Below, piece by piece: positions 40,535 through 55,059 of a stretch of DNA of 64,000 nt. The stretch is from Octopus sinensis (taxonomy: Eukaryota), in assembly GCF_006345805.1 (NCBI RefSeq), contig NC_043000.1:30566001-30630000 (forward strand). Reading direction: 5' to 3'. Under the pieces are notes generated by a model. The model saw only the letters and a list, made by a program, of their open reading frames with translations, did not search any database and was not told the DNA's origin. The translations under genes were made by a program, and so were the position numbers. The stretch's first letter is position 1; the number at the start of each line of letters is the position of its first letter.

Positions 40535-41306
40535 GATAAAGTAACGATTTTTTGCTAACCTAATGTGACAGTCCCATTTTGGGGCGAATGCTACTTTGTT
40601 TAGCACCAGGAGACATCATCTCCAGCTGACTACCCGACACACAATCTGTGTCCTTATATTTTCGAACAGAGGGACTAAACACAGTAGCATTATCCCCAAA
40701 ATCTTTGCATAAAGATTGGCGATACCTGCTCAGAGGCCCATGCAAGGCTTTCAAAAAGTTTTCATTGTTCTCAACACAATCAAGGAGATCTTCAGCAACT
40801 GAATTCCATCGTCTTTTGGGTCAGTTGAAAGGAGTTTCGGCACAATCATGAGACACGCGTCTCATGCCCAAATCTTCAGCGGTAATGAACTGAACTGAAC
40901 CGTAACTAATCTGCACATCCTCTGATAACTCACGGAGGGTGATTTCCCCTCACAGCTTCACACACACCTGTGATGTTTTCCTCAGTTCTGCTGGGTGCGG
41001 GTCTTCCAGAACATTCTTCAATATCAACATTCTTTTGGCCATCTAGGAAATGTCTGAACCACTCGTACACTTGTGTGCGGCTCATACAGTCCTCTCCATA
41101 CGCTTACTACAACTGAGCGTAGGCCTCTGAGCAGGTATCGCCATGACAACTTTCTCTGTCATGGTCAATACGACGATCACATGCTACACACCTTCCTTCC
41201 AAGAAATGCGCAAATCAGCGGAATTGAGGCAGAATGTTAAAACTTAGTACGCATGTACAACAGAGATTAAGGTCAATTTTCTGCCCGGATACTTATTGAT
41301 CAGACG
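40535..41306 (-). mobile_element. Mariner 5' (HTH) remnant with an inverted second 5' piece
   Basis: Minus GDTCSEAYAQL**AYGEDCMSRTQVYEWFRHFLDGQKNVDIEECSGRP...TLRELSEDVQISYGSVQ; plus strand CIKIGDTCSEAHARL near 40705-40750. Confidence 0.85.
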
Positions 41307-41329
41307 TATATATTATACGTATATATATA

Positions 41330-41890
41330 TTTCGCTTTTGGATTTGGTTTGCAAGATTCTTTATGTGAGTTCGTGTGTTGATGCACATTCTGTTGTGTCA
41401 GGGGAGAGTCATTCTCTTTTTGTGCCTTATAATTTAACACACCCACCGGTAAAATTTCCACTTATTTCTTTTTTATTTTTTTTTATTTTTCTAAAAATTT
41501 TGTTGCGTCTTGCAACCTTTTCAAATTTATTGAAAAGGTAGAAAGACGCAACGAACATTTTAGAAAAATAATTTTTAAAAAAATAATATGAATGGAAATT
41601 TTACTGGTGAGTGTGTTAAATTATAAGGCACCTAAAGAGAATGACTCTCCCCAGACACAACAGCATATATATAAAATATAAATTGGAGATAAAACCACTA
41701 TTATGTTTTATAAAAATATATAATATTTGTTATTTATGTATTGGTTTAAGTCTATCAATGTTTGAGTTGCATAATAGCGGTTTTATCTCTAATTTATGTT
41801 TTATATATTTATACTGTGAAATTTGACTTAATAATAAATTGAATTTTTCCCTATAAGTTTGGAGTTATACTCCCTAATATTATTATTATT
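41330..41890. mobile_element. Cluster of Penelope-like LTR fragments with a 280-bp hairpin (41388-41666) and hammerhead-like motifs at its apex
   Basis: Arms CTGTTGTGTCAGGGGAGAGTCATTCTCTT / AAGAGAATGACTCTCCCCAGACACAACAG; apex consensus TTGAAAA G GTTGC AAGAC GCAAC GAAA; second inverted pair 41668-41704 / 41770-41808; TA-rich flanks. Confidence 0.6.
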
Positions 41891-42566
41891 ATATATATAT
41901 ATATATATATACTATCCACTCTCTAATTGTTTTAGTATCAGCACATTGTCTCAGATCAAATCACTTACTAGACAAATAAGAGTCTGAAAACAAATTGAAG
42001 CAATTTATTTGAATATGAACTACTCCAAATCTAAGATATGAAGGTTACTTTGCATATTTCGAAACGTGAAAGCGATTTTAATAGGTGTAGAAGTGAGATT
42101 AACTTCGGAAAGTAGTTTCTCTGCCTCTAATATGTTATTGATGTGAAACAGAAGGGAAAATGTTTGAGGCAGTTAATATCAGTAGCAAATTGTTAAAGTT
42201 ACACATGAGTGGACTGCATTAACTTCCTACACGGAAAACTCTTCTTTCCTTGTATTAGCTTTTGGTCGCTTCATTAAATTATGAGCACATGAAAGGTGTT
42301 ATAAGTACCTGAGCGGTATTGTTATATTATACTGTATACGAAAACGGTGGACAGTTTTCTGTAACTGGTGAATTACCGAAATATCAAAAGTGCCCTCTAG
42401 CGACGGTCAACATTTATTAAGATAAATCTTTCATTTCAAGGATACTCAAAGAGTCTTACCTCTCTCGCATTTATATGTATCCGGTATATAATAAATAGAT
42501 CGATAAGGAATATAGCGCTACCAATCGTTTTCTCTCTACTTCTTATAAGTAGGTATGTGTATGTGC

Positions 42567-42611
<45 letters not shown>

Positions 42612-43230
42612 TCTGTGTGGATTGTGCGTGTGCAAACGTGTATATGTCCACACACATTCATATATATATATTCATATATATTGACATATACAAATTTAGA
42701 TATGAAAGGAAAATGTACGGCTTTGTGTGTAACTGTTGTGATATATAAGCGTGTGTGCGCATGTTTGTAGTGACGTCATGGCCAATATATTATCGTTGTC
42801 AAAATATACACATATGCATAGACACAAACACACATGCGCCCTCTATCTCACACACACAAACACATACACAAATATATGTATATATATATAACATACATAT
42901 ATATTTCATTATTACATATATACACATATAGATGTGAAAGTTCATGGCATGGTGGTTAATGTGTTGTACTCACAAGAACAAGAACAAGATTTCGATTCCT
43001 AGACTGGCGGTGTATATTCTTGAGCAAAACACATTCTTTGATTCTGCTCCTGTCCAGTCTGCGATGGACTGGCGTTTCGATCAGTGGTCGTGTTGGCCTA
43101 CCCACCTAGCCACCTAGATTGCAGCATTCGGTTGCTACAACAATGTGAGGAAAAACATGAGAACATCCGCGTATAGCTTTCTGATAGCCCGGTCGATACC
43201 GTGATGATAGTGACATATATATGTGTCAGG

Positions 43231-43621
43231 AAGGCGGCAAGCTGGCAGACACGTTAGCACGCCTGGCGAAAAGCTTAGCGATATTTCGTCTGCCGTTACC
43301 ATTCATGAGTTCAAATTCCGCCGAGGTCAACTTTGCCTTTTATCCTTTCCGAGTACGCACTGGGGTCAATATAATCGACTTAATCCGTCTGTCTGTCCTT
43401 GTTTGTCCTCTCTGTGTTTAGCCCCTTGTGGGTAGTAAAGAAATAGGTATTTCGTTACGTTCTGAGTTCAAATTCCGCCGAGGTCGACTTCGCCTTTCAT
43501 CCTTTCGGGGTCGATAAATAAAGTACCAGTTTCGCACTGGGGCCGATGTAATCGACTTAATCCCTTTGTCTGTCCTTGTTTGTCCTCTCTATGTTTAGCC
43601 CCTTGTGGGCCATAAAGAAAT
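43231..43621 (+). mobile_element. SINE family A tandem dimer
   Basis: Restart at AAAGAAATAGGTATTTCG; perfect 15-bp TSD ATATATATGTGTCAG (43215-43229, 43622-43636). Confidence 0.9.
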
Positions 43622-44225
43622 ATATATATGTGTCAGTGCGTGTTTAGCTGTGGGTGCGTGAGTTTGTTTTTTCTCGAATATGGCTGCCCATTGTAGTCTC
43701 CGTACAGAAACGAATATATAATGAGGATAGAAGTTTCGTAGAGACCAATTACCAGCAAATAATTCACATGACAATCCTTGATTATTGGACCTCCCTCAAA
43801 GCACTGAAATTCCATTTTCTCCAAAATCGCTGTGAATGCTATATATATTTGTACAATGTGGAAACTAATCTACAAATATTATACGAACGATGTTGGTATC
43901 GAGTATAGGACTTACCTAAAGTATAGCTCCTGTACCTTACCTCCCCACATAAGTCAAGTTCACATCATATCAGAACATTGTGATACACACTATTTTCTTT
44001 TTGTTTTGTTTTTGTTTTCTTTTAAATGTTCTTGTTTTATTTGACGTTATGCTGAAAGAAATTAAAATTGTAAAAAGACCCCCACACCATTCAAATTCCT
44101 GCAAGAAGTTCCAGATAATCTACCAACGTCTCAGCCAACAAATCCTCTTTGCTCGAGTGGCCTATATTGTCCCGAAACATTCTTTATATGTATATATGTA
44201 TGTATATAAACATACATACACACAT

Positions 44226-44294
<69 letters not shown>

Positions 44295-44380
44295 ATATAT
44301 GGTGGATGTCAACTCCTAATGTACTTGTACTTACGCCATAAATCCACCATGGCGTCTGATGTGGCTTTTTAAACCAGAAA

Positions 44381-44459
<79 letters not shown>

Positions 44460-45774
44460 CATACACACATGCACACATAAATAGATAGACAGACATGCAT
44501 ATATATATATACGTACATGTATGAGCTATAAATATATATGTGTGTGTGTCCTCTGGCTTCAGTCTGTACCCCACCAACACGTTTGAAAATCAATGTTGTG
44601 AGTGAAATTAAAATGTAACCTCATTTTTTCTATGCCGTTGATTGGATGAAGTGGCTGTGTATGTTCTGCGCAAGAGGGTTCCGTTATATTTGTATATGAC
44701 TGTAAATATCCCTCGCGTTCTTTACTAGCTTAAATAATTTTTTTACGAATAAAAAAAATGGCCATAATCTTTTCTACTTTCGCTTGAAGAAATTTGAACC
44801 TTGACATGACTACCAGATTTTAATATCATAGTAGATCTGTTTTTATATTCGTCAATGACGTTTTCGTTTTTCTCTCACTAATCAACCTCAGGGAAAATCA
44901 TACTGTTTTAAACATACTTTAAAGCTGTTGTCGACATAAATTCGTGTATTCCCTCGAATAGTCTGGGAATATTATTTTTATACATGTTTTATATATTTAT
45001 TTCTGATGGAGTCGACCATCTTTTGAAAGTATCAAAATGATTACATCGTTCGTATATGTTTTCAATTTTCAACCGTCATGGTTTCTATTATTATTAATTG
45101 TAACAATACAGTGGTAACAAACAAATTTATTTGCTCAAAACACCCAACGCGTCTGATTTTCATAAATCAACAAATAAAAATTATCGAAATTTTAAATATA
45201 AATTATCAAAACTCATAAAATGCACTGACGAAACCTTTTTACACAGAAACTGATAGCAATTACTAATATGGAAGTGGGTATATTCCTTTTATAGTTAGCA
45301 AGTGATAACACATCCTGGAAATAGAAAATATCGATGGTAATTGGATTCTTGATCGTACACAACAAACACATTATTTAACAATTTGTAAATCTGAGATCTT
45401 TAAGCTTAGAGACGTGGATTTAATCTAAAAGTCTAAATATCTCTTTCCTATCTGATTATGCAAATTAAGTCACTTTCCGAACAGGAATATTGATTAAATA
45501 TATTCTTATCTTTGCTACTTTAACGGATGATAGTGGTGGAATTTACTAAGAACATTTATTCAATGCTTAACACTTTCAAAGTCTTTGGATGTCTGCAGTT
45601 TACCGATTATTCGCAGAAATCTATTAAGAGTGATTTTGGATTTTATTTCCACAAAATTGTTGGTATAAGAACAATTCAAGTTTCACGAATGCAAGTAAAA
45701 GATTACTATCGAAAATTACACATATTTTATACACGTCAAACACATGGGCTGTATAATATGTGTATAATACTATA

Positions 45775-46300
45775 CAGGAGCTGGACAACATAATGGAAAC
45801 CGCCTTCTTAAATAAAATTCTTATTAATTAATATAGAGTTGGTCCAATTTTGACATCAGAGACAACTTTAAGACGTGTAGGAATTAACTGGTACAGTTTG
45901 TGAATGGTTGTTAGAGGTATTTTGAGCCATTCTTCAAGAAAAACCTGTTTTCAACGACGATGACAGAAGGGGCTCCTCAGTTGCTGCTCTATAAATAATA
46001 ATAATAGGTGCTCGATCGTACTGAGAACCGATGATTAGGTTGGGAGGCCAACTGAATTATTCCCTTTAGTGCTGTTCCTACCAGGCTTGAATATCATTAG
46101 TCATGTGAATCTGCTCCTAGTCGTCTGGAAGATTGTGTAAACATCAGAGAACAGTATTTGTAGCAAGAGATGGTCATGATTAGTCAAAATACTCAGATAA
46201 TCTTTGGGATTAACTTTTCTTAGAGTCATGAGACTTCTGCGATACGGTTGCCCAAATCATCAAGATAGGAGCAAAACAATACAGAGTTGAATGCTACTTT
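45775..46300 (-). mobile_element. Tc1-like transposase 3' remnant
   Basis: TA|CAGG terminus; minus fragments LMIWA, DYLSILTNH...TIFQ, FLEEWLKIPLTTIHKLYQLIPTRLKVV...GPTLY*. Confidence 0.75.
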
Positions 46301-47628
46301 GGGCCGTTTCAAACCATAAAGCCACCCCGAGGTGGAAAAGGGTGAATCAGATTGTTCTCTTAATCCAATCACCACTTCTGATAATCTAGACACCATTTTC
46401 CCGTCTTATAACCAAGGATGGTGGACAGTAAAGATTTAGCAAACGTAGCCCTCCCCGCTTTGTATCCAACATCTTTTGAAGATCACGGCGATGGATCTAA
46501 GTGTAGCGTATGTATAAAAGAACACAAGTGGAGCTTAAAATTTCCAACGGTGGATGGTGGATTCTTTCCCATGATGACATCTATAAATGCATCAATAAAA
46601 AATGCTGTCGAAACAGCTGCTGAGAATTTTCAACCTCATTTCTGTTTTGATGTGGGTATACATATCTTTATACACACATATCTATATATATATACAGATA
46701 TGTGTGTACATACGTACACATAGACACACACACACATACACACACACATGCACATATATATATATATATATATAAACTTATGCACGCACAAAGCCCGAAA
46801 TTTTTGGTGAGGGGGCCAGTCAATTACATCCATCTCAGTACCCAACAGGTACTTAATCATCGACCCCGAAAGGATGAAAGGCAAAGTAGACCTCGGCGGA
46901 ATTTGAACTCAGAACCTAAAGACGGTCGAAATATCGAAAACAAACGGGCAGGTATTGGTAAATATATATGTGTGTGTGTGTTTGTGTGTATGCACCTATA
47001 TATATATATACATATGTGTGTGTGTGTGTGTGTTTGTGTGTAAAATAGACACATTTACACATATATACATTTTTAACTAAACATACATCCACTATGTCGG
47101 TAAATAAAGACGACGTAGTTATGCTGGGAAAGCTTTTATTTTCGATCCGGGTTTTCGTGGCTTAATATACAAAAACATCGACAACAGCAACAACAACAAC
47201 AACGACAACAGCATAGCGATATAATCAGAAGACATTAGTGTTGAGTTCAAAGGTTATTTAATTATAAATAAAGTGTAATTTTATAATCAAATAGAATTTC
47301 AATTGTCTGCTTGTAATATACGAGAGGGGACTATGTTTTATATAACAAAGTAATATGCTCCAAAACTGGTAATATCATTATAAACACATTTTCGCCATAG
47401 CAATACGCATAAAGCAACTCATTTCTCAATAACTTATTGCATACAACATTAATTTTACATTTGAATGAACATCAGGATTTGCTACTTATATTATGCAGAA
47501 TCACCGAGTTAAATCGACTACACCATTTCGTATGTACATATATGAATATATAACGATGAGAAATAAAGATGGAATGAAATCTGTTTCCGTACATTGCTAA
47601 TTATGCTACAACAGACCAATATGTGCGA

Positions 47629-47669
<41 letters not shown>

Positions 47670-47773
47670 GAGAGAGAGACACACACACACTAACACGCAA
47701 ATACAAATATATATATATAATATATATATAAGTATGTAAATGTATGTGTGCATATATACATATACATATATAC

Positions 47774-47856
<83 letters not shown>

Positions 47857-47868
47857 TGTATATATAAT

Positions 47869-47995
<127 letters not shown>

Positions 47996-48259
47996 CAAGA
48001 TTGAGAGAAGACAGTGAGAGAAAGAGAGAGAGATTTAATGCATCTAAATGAAATATTGGTTTCTAATTTTGGCGCCAAACTGCTACTTGTTTTACTGACC
48101 TCCTTAGATTGAAATCAAACTCAGCCCCGACTGAATTCGTACTCAAATCGTGGCACACGTCCAGCAATTTTGGGGGAGGTGTAAGTGGATTAGATCGATT
48201 CCGGTGTCCAACTGGTACCTGTTTTATCGAAACTTGAAGGATGAACTGCAAAGTCGACC

Positions 48260-49000
48260 TTAGAAATATTGTGACTTGGATTGTCTGCAGTGTCTTTGAT
48301 CTGGTTTATCACGGTAAAGTGTCCAGCAATAGTTAGCCAGCGTACTGTCATTCCAGATGCCTTGGCACAGTTTCTCCATAGCACTAATGTCCTGGTGGAA
48401 TCTTTCACCATATTCATCAGACACTACTCTGAGGTTATCGGCGAAGAAATCCAGATGGAAGTCCAAGACGTGAACTTTCAGTGACATGCGGGAACCCATT
48501 GCAGAGTAACATTTCAGAAGATCCTTGATGCAATCCTCGTAGTCCACTGCCTTCTTGTTGCCCAAGAAATTCTCAAAGATCCATTGACAGTATTCCCGAC
48601 AGGCAGTTCCAGTTTATCAAGGGTTGTCTTGAAACTGGCATCTTTGAGTACTTTTCTAATTTGGGCTCCGACAAAGATACTCTCTTTCAAATTTGCCTGT
48701 GTGATGTTGGGAAACTTTTCTACAATATACTCAAACCCTCTGTTATTTCTCTTCCCTAGTGTCATTACAAGCTGTTTCATCAGTCCAAGCTTTATGTGCA
48801 AAGGAGGAAATAGGACATTACATGAGGTGTATTCTTGATTCTCGACAGTCCTGGCTGGTATGATGATCTCGGCTGCCAGTTTGAATCCAAATAATGTCTC
48901 TCAGTTGCCCGTCTATCCCATAGACACAAGAAACAACAGTATTTTGTGAAACCTGACTGCATTCACATTAACATTCCATTGACTTTTCGAGCAGCACGCT
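48260..49000 (-). mobile_element. Frameshifted DNA transposase, probably Chapaev3-like
   Basis: QSGFTKYCCFLCLWDRRA, LHIKLGLMKQLV, IFVGAQIRKV, MSLKVHVLDFHLDFF, VSDEYGERFHQDI, ANYCW; the motif series is clear, the superfamily name is from recall. Confidence 0.8.
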
Positions 49001-49237
49001 TAAGTTCTTCATGCTAAATACGTGCACTTTCAAAAGTGTCGACACCCTCCTTAGCCTTCTTCCTCCATCAGTGGTGATGATAGGCATTGATCATCCAGTC
49101 AGTCTTCTGCATATCACAGGCCTTTAATGAGGACTTCACACAGTCCTATATCGCAGCCTTGGTTTCTGTCGGGGTCTCTTTCCATTCACAAGTTCCCCTT
49201 AGGGATCCCTCTATCCTTCATTCTAATATATAATATA

Positions 49238-49605
49238 TGTGTGTGTGTGTGTGTGTGTGTGCGTGCGTGCGTACTTGCGTGCGTGCTTGCGTGCGTGCGT
49301 GCGTGCATGCGTGCGTGAGTGCGTGCGTGCGTGCATGTGTGCGTGCATGCGTGCGTGCGTGCGTGCATGCGTGCGTGCGTGCATGCGTGCGTGCGTGCGT
49401 GCGTGCATGCGTGCGTGCGTGCGTGCATGCGTGCGTGCATGCGTGCGTGCGTGCATGCGTGCGTGCGTGCGTGCATGCGTGCGTGCGTGCATGCGTGCGT
49501 GCATGCGTGCGTGCGTGCATGCGTGCGTGCGTGCATGCGTGCGTGCGTGCATGCGTGCGTGCCTGCGTGCCTGCGTATGTGTGTGTGTGTGTGTGTGCGT
49601 GTGTG
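49238..49605. repeat. Compound (GT)n/(GCGT)n/(GCAT)n array at the internal microsatellite position of a family B SINE (3' half 49600-49820)
   Basis: Directly visible. Confidence 0.95.
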
Positions 49606-50433
49606 CCTTTGTGTTTGTGTTTGTTTCCCAACACCGCTTGACAACCGGTTTTGGTATGTTTAGGTTCCCGTAGACTAGCGATCCGGCGAAAGAGTCTGGT
49701 AGAATAAATAGCAAGCTTACAGGAAATAGGTACTGGGATCGATTTATTTGACTTAGAAATTTTTCAAGACGGTGCCACTGCATGCCCGCAGTCCGACAAC
49801 TGAAACATGTAAAAGAGAAAATATAAAAAAGAAAATCAAAATTATCGGTTGGTAGGTTTCGTGTAGCTGACCAAATGTCGACGGTAGATAAGAGTGCAAC
49901 AAAGACGTTTATCGCTGTCCATGATAACATGAAATTGTTACAATGAGCGATGTTGTTGTAAATCAGAGTCGTTATATATAAAAAATAATAATAAATGTGA
50001 TATATTTTCTTATTAAGAATTACTTTACAATTGAATGAACATCAAGTTACATTTAGTTCAAATCTCATTAAAAATTAATCCCAGTTTAAATGTCAAAAAT
50101 TATAGTTCGAAAATAGCGATCTAAACTTGAAACCACCACCACCATCAACACCACTACCACCACCACCAACAGCACTACTACTACTACTACTGCTACTACT
50201 ACTGCTACTACTACTACTACTACAACTACTATTGCTACTACTACTACTACTGCTGCTGCTGATGATGTCACTGCTACTGATGTAGTCGATGTCATCGACG
50301 TATTCGATGTTTGTGGTCGAAGTCTCCTCATCATAGCTGCTGTTGCTTCGCCTCATCGTCATTTTTGTTGTTAATATTGCTTTTGTCATTGAAGTTGATG
50401 TTGATGTAGTTGTTTGTGATGGTGTTGGTGGCG

Positions 50434-50528
50434 TCATTGCTGGTGGTGGTGATGCTGTTGTTGTCTTCTGTTGTTATAGTGGTTGTTTGTATTCTTCAAT
50501 GTTTCTTGGCTCTTATTCAATTCTATTT
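50434..50528 (-). CDS. Candidate terminal exon (x)IELNKSQETLKNTNNHYNNRRQQQHHHHQQ*
   Basis: Strong minus-strand acceptor TTTTTTTTCTTTCGCAG; only the phase-1 frame stays open; followed by trinucleotide-rich UTR-like sequence; may be non-coding. Confidence 0.3.
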
Positions 50529-50998
50529 CTGCGAAAGAAAAAAAATTATTGAAATAGAAAATTGAGATTTTGTTTTATTTATTTAAAAACGTAAAATATG
50601 TACGGATTTACTCCTCTAATTAGAATTTTATATATTGTTATATATATATATATTTATATAATATTTTTATATAAATACTTATATATATTGTTTACTTGAT
50701 TTATACATATTTGTGTAAATGTTTACCTTCTTTCTGAAAATTTTTATGTTTTCATAGAAAGTTTTCTATCTTAAAAATGAAATCAAATGTTTTAAAATAT
50801 TATATAAATTATTTTGTTTTCTTTCCTGCTCTGAATATTCGAAGCTAGTACAATGAGAGTTTACTTAAATATTTCATTGAGCTCTACATGTAATGGTATA
50901 GCTCCTGCGTTTCTCTTAAATACTTTATTAATTATTCCACGATTCCATGTTTTTAAGCAATATTTATTGGGTATTACACAACCATCTATTCAGCTTCC

Positions 50999-51006
50999 AT
51001 TATTAA

Positions 51007-51067
<61 letters not shown>

Positions 51068-51131
51068 TATTATTATTAGCATTATTATTATTATCATCAT
51101 CATCATCATCATCATTATTATTATTATTATA

Positions 51132-51165
<34 letters not shown>

Positions 51166-51269
51166 GATATTATTATTATTATTAGCATTATTATTATTAT
51201 CATCATCATCATCATCATCATTATTATTATTATTATTATATTATTATTATTATTATGATGATGATGATC

Positions 51270-51301
<32 letters not shown>

Positions 51302-51303
51302 CA

Positions 51304-51367
<64 letters not shown>

Positions 51368-51456
51368 CATAATCAGCAGCATCATTATTACTATTATTAT
51401 TACTACTACTACTATTATTTTTATTACTATCATCATCATCATCATCATCATCATCA

Positions 51457-51539
<83 letters not shown>

Positions 51540-51550
51540 ATCATCATCAT
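50999..51550. repeat. (ATT)n/(ATC)n compound trinucleotide array
   Basis: Directly visible. Confidence 0.97.
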
Positions 51551-53670
51551 TTCCATTATTGACGTTTACGACGTATCATTTTCAGTTGTGGCTCTGAAAA
51601 AATAAATATCATTCCTTATGATTTTCTTTTCTTGAACTAAAATGAAATCGTCAGAACAAATTACTATATTATATTCACATTTTATTATTTTAGTAGCATA
51701 TAACCAAAACGCAACACAAATGCAGTGAGATGTTTTGTCGCTATCATATGATAATCGTAGAATTCATTACTGAATTCCATACAGTTTGAAAAACGTGAAA
51801 CTAAGCAATCTAACCTAAATAATTGATATAGCTAATATTCTCAAGTAATCGATAAAACAATCAATTTCCAAATTCGAGCTTAATTTGCGAAAGACAGCAA
51901 ACATTAATTCTTCTTACTTTCATTCTTTGTGAAGGCGCGATAGCCTACCGTTTAGAAGTGTGACAATCATGATTAAAGCATCGCTGTTTCGATTCCCGCT
52001 CTGGACGGCGCGCTGAGTCCTGGAACAAAACATTTCACATCGTGTGTTCTTTATGAAAGCATTTCATTTGCACTCTATTGAGCTGTAACTGTGATCCAGT
52101 AACAGACGGCAACTTAATCCTGCGACGTACTAGTGTTCCTTTCGGGGAGAGTGTTGTCATCTCTGTCACTTTTACTTCATGAAAATCAGATTAAGCTCCA
52201 GCCCTTTCAGTCCTGGGACTCAAGACACCCGAGTACGTACTTAAATTTATTTGAGCTTTTTGTAGTTTGACACTCCCTTTACTCGAAGCTATACGTCTGA
52301 GACCTATGTAACGTAATAATCAGCTTAAGACTGTAACTGGTCGTGACTGATGTTGCGCTGTGTATTTGAAAATTTCAGTTAGCTGCTCTAAACCGATTAA
52401 TATTTAGTCGAAACGGCTACACAAATAGTTTTCCATTTGCACATATAATGTATACTACACTATACGAGTGTGAAGCTAGATAAACGGGTAAAAAGAATTC
52501 ATGAATAACATTATGTTATAAATCCATACCTACGGGAACAGTATTACTTTTTGTCGCTTCTCCACAACCTATTCCAGAATATCTTTTTTGTGACTGTCTA
52601 ATGACAATCCGTTTTAGTTGTTACTAAGAAAATTGATGTATGATAGGACCCACCTACATTTAAAGCGCTTTTAATAGTTGGGCAATGGAGACGGCGAGCT
52701 GGCAGAAACGATACCACACCGGAAAAAATGCTTAGTGGCATTTCTTCTGACTTTACGTTTTATGTTAAAATACCGCCAAGGTTGACTTTCCCTTTCATCT
52801 CTTCGAGATCAATAACATAAGTACCATCTGAATACTGGGGTGCATGTAATCGACTTATCCACTCCCAGAAAATTACTGGCATTGTGTCAAAATTTTAAAT
52901 CAGTAATGTGTTGTAGATGTCCCGATGTTTCCATGAGAAACGCGTTCATTTTAGTTTGCCGCAGTTTACTATGCGAATAATTGATAGTGCTCCAATTATT
53001 AACTCCTTGATTTTCTGTCAGAGAGGGTAGTTGGAAGCCCAATGGATTTTCTATGCCTTTTCGTATCTTCATAAGTACCTAAATTTATTATCGAAAGCAT
53101 CACACATGCTACCGGTTCTTACTCGCTTAAGGGTGATCACGTATTTTTAATATTAATATAAATTTGAAAGAATTCATTATCTTTCAATTAAGACAGTATA
53201 ATAGGGATTCAACAATGTCTTACATCGGGAGAGGAGTAATTTCTTATAGTGTCTACAGCAAAGAATAAGGAATTTCTAGTTACTCTTTCTTTAATTGTTA
53301 TGCATTATCACCGTATAATATTTTGATACCATGCCTACTTCACTTTTCAATTTCAACCTTTCTAGGTTGATAAAATAAAGTACCAGGCTTTTACAGATGG
53401 CTATAATACACTATACCCTTCCTCCATATTGGTGATGTGCTTCCAAGACCAGAAATCAATATTCACATAGAACATATCATATCTGCTAAACATTTTATTT
53501 GCAGAAATAGGGCTCTTGCACTTTTTATCTTAATAAGATACTGCAAAGATATTCGATAATTGCGTAATTCAAAATTATAGTTATGAATACAAATCTATAA
53601 TACAGATTCCGCAAACCAATAATTCTTTTTATTATTCAGAAATGTTCCTGCTGATATATTTTTCACTTAC

Positions 53671-53729
53671 ACATGTAATGGAAAAATAGAAACACCACCA
53701 CCAATAGCAATAAATATTTTCATACGACT
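53671..53729 (-). other. Candidate 59-nt exon
   Basis: Acceptor TTGTTTTGTTTTTCTTTTAG and donor GTAAGT both near consensus; reading frame unresolved. Confidence 0.4.
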
Positions 53730-55021
53730 CTAAAAGAAAAACAAAACAATATTTTATGCACGAGTGTACATATGCTTATACAGATTTATACACATGTATC
53801 TTCCCAGGCTTTTAAAGTAGGGATTATGTTTTTCTTGGTGTAGAGAAAGCCTTGATAGAATTTTGTATAATATATCGACTTCTCATAATATACAGATTTC
53901 CTATCATATAAATAATCTCTGAAGCATTGCCTTCATAGATTGCAACGGATCATGCCACAGATTGATATAGAATACTTTTAAATGTTACGTCACTTGTCGA
54001 AAATATATCGATAGATTCGGATGTTTTATAGGAATTCTTATTAAATGAAAGAACGACGGTGTAAAAATGCCTTATTCAAGTATTATGCTAATGTGAATTA
54101 ATTTGCATCAAATAAGTGAATATCGAAATCGATTAATCACATTTATTTGGGTCTTTCTTTGTTAAGTCAATGACTGGTAGTTACTCACATGAGACACAAT
54201 ATATTCAAGTATTGATTTCCATAGCAATAGTTTTACCAAATTAATCTGAGTACACATTCGGGTCGTATGCAGTGCAATATATATTGAAAATATGCATTAA
54301 TCGCTCCACAGTGTTTATCTTTATTATGTATTTAGTCGGACATTGTATTTATACCTGTGATCAATAGCGTCTCTATTCTGTGGCACGAGAACAAAATTTA
54401 CAGGCAAGGCAATTTCATTTTCCATTTTGCACTAAAAATAATTACATCACCATTGCTCCGATCGTTATTTCTGATAAATAAGATCGATTACTATCGTCTA
54501 TTACATTCGTAGTAGAAGTGCAAACGTTAGAGAAAGGAATTTATATCGGAAATTCAAATGCTTTATTTCGTTTACAGGATATCTCACAATCATCGGGAAC
54601 GTTTCAAAACCTAAATATCTAGGACAGGCACAATTACGGGAGACTACCCACCGTCTTATAAATTATAAATAGAATGTGTCCCATCATTTTGAGGCATCCT
54701 GAATATATTTGTAGATGTTTTGGTTAGTTGTTTTCGTCTTAGGGCCAAGGTGAAGCTGAAGTACAGCTTTTAAGCATTTAGTCTATTGTATCAGTCATGG
54801 AACTTAAGTAGTTTTTAACCGCTAGTCCAAAAACAAGGATATGGATCAGGCGTATAAACAAACCATCAACTCGTGCCAAGCCTCATGAAGAGACAGAAAC
54901 ATAAAACCGCATAAACACAACGATGCACACTCACACACACGCCGTTCGCAAATACACGTGTGTGCGAGTGTATACAGTGTATATAGATATATATACATAC
55001 ATTTGCATACAAAACAAGGTG

Positions 55022-55053
<32 letters not shown>

Positions 55054-55059
<6 letters not shown>

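Noticed and set aside
44350-44383. CTGATGT GGCTTTTTAAACC AGAAA between (TA)n tracts
   Set aside because: A9 is altered and stems III and I are truncated by (TA)n; kept only as weak support for the (TA)n pattern
45458-45465. Octamer ATGCAAAT (also ATTTGCAT near 54101)
   Set aside because: Expected by chance in 64 kb of AT-rich DNA
49186-49930. Long HART/CVRA repeat ORFs in all frames
   Set aside because: Tetranucleotide array inside a SINE
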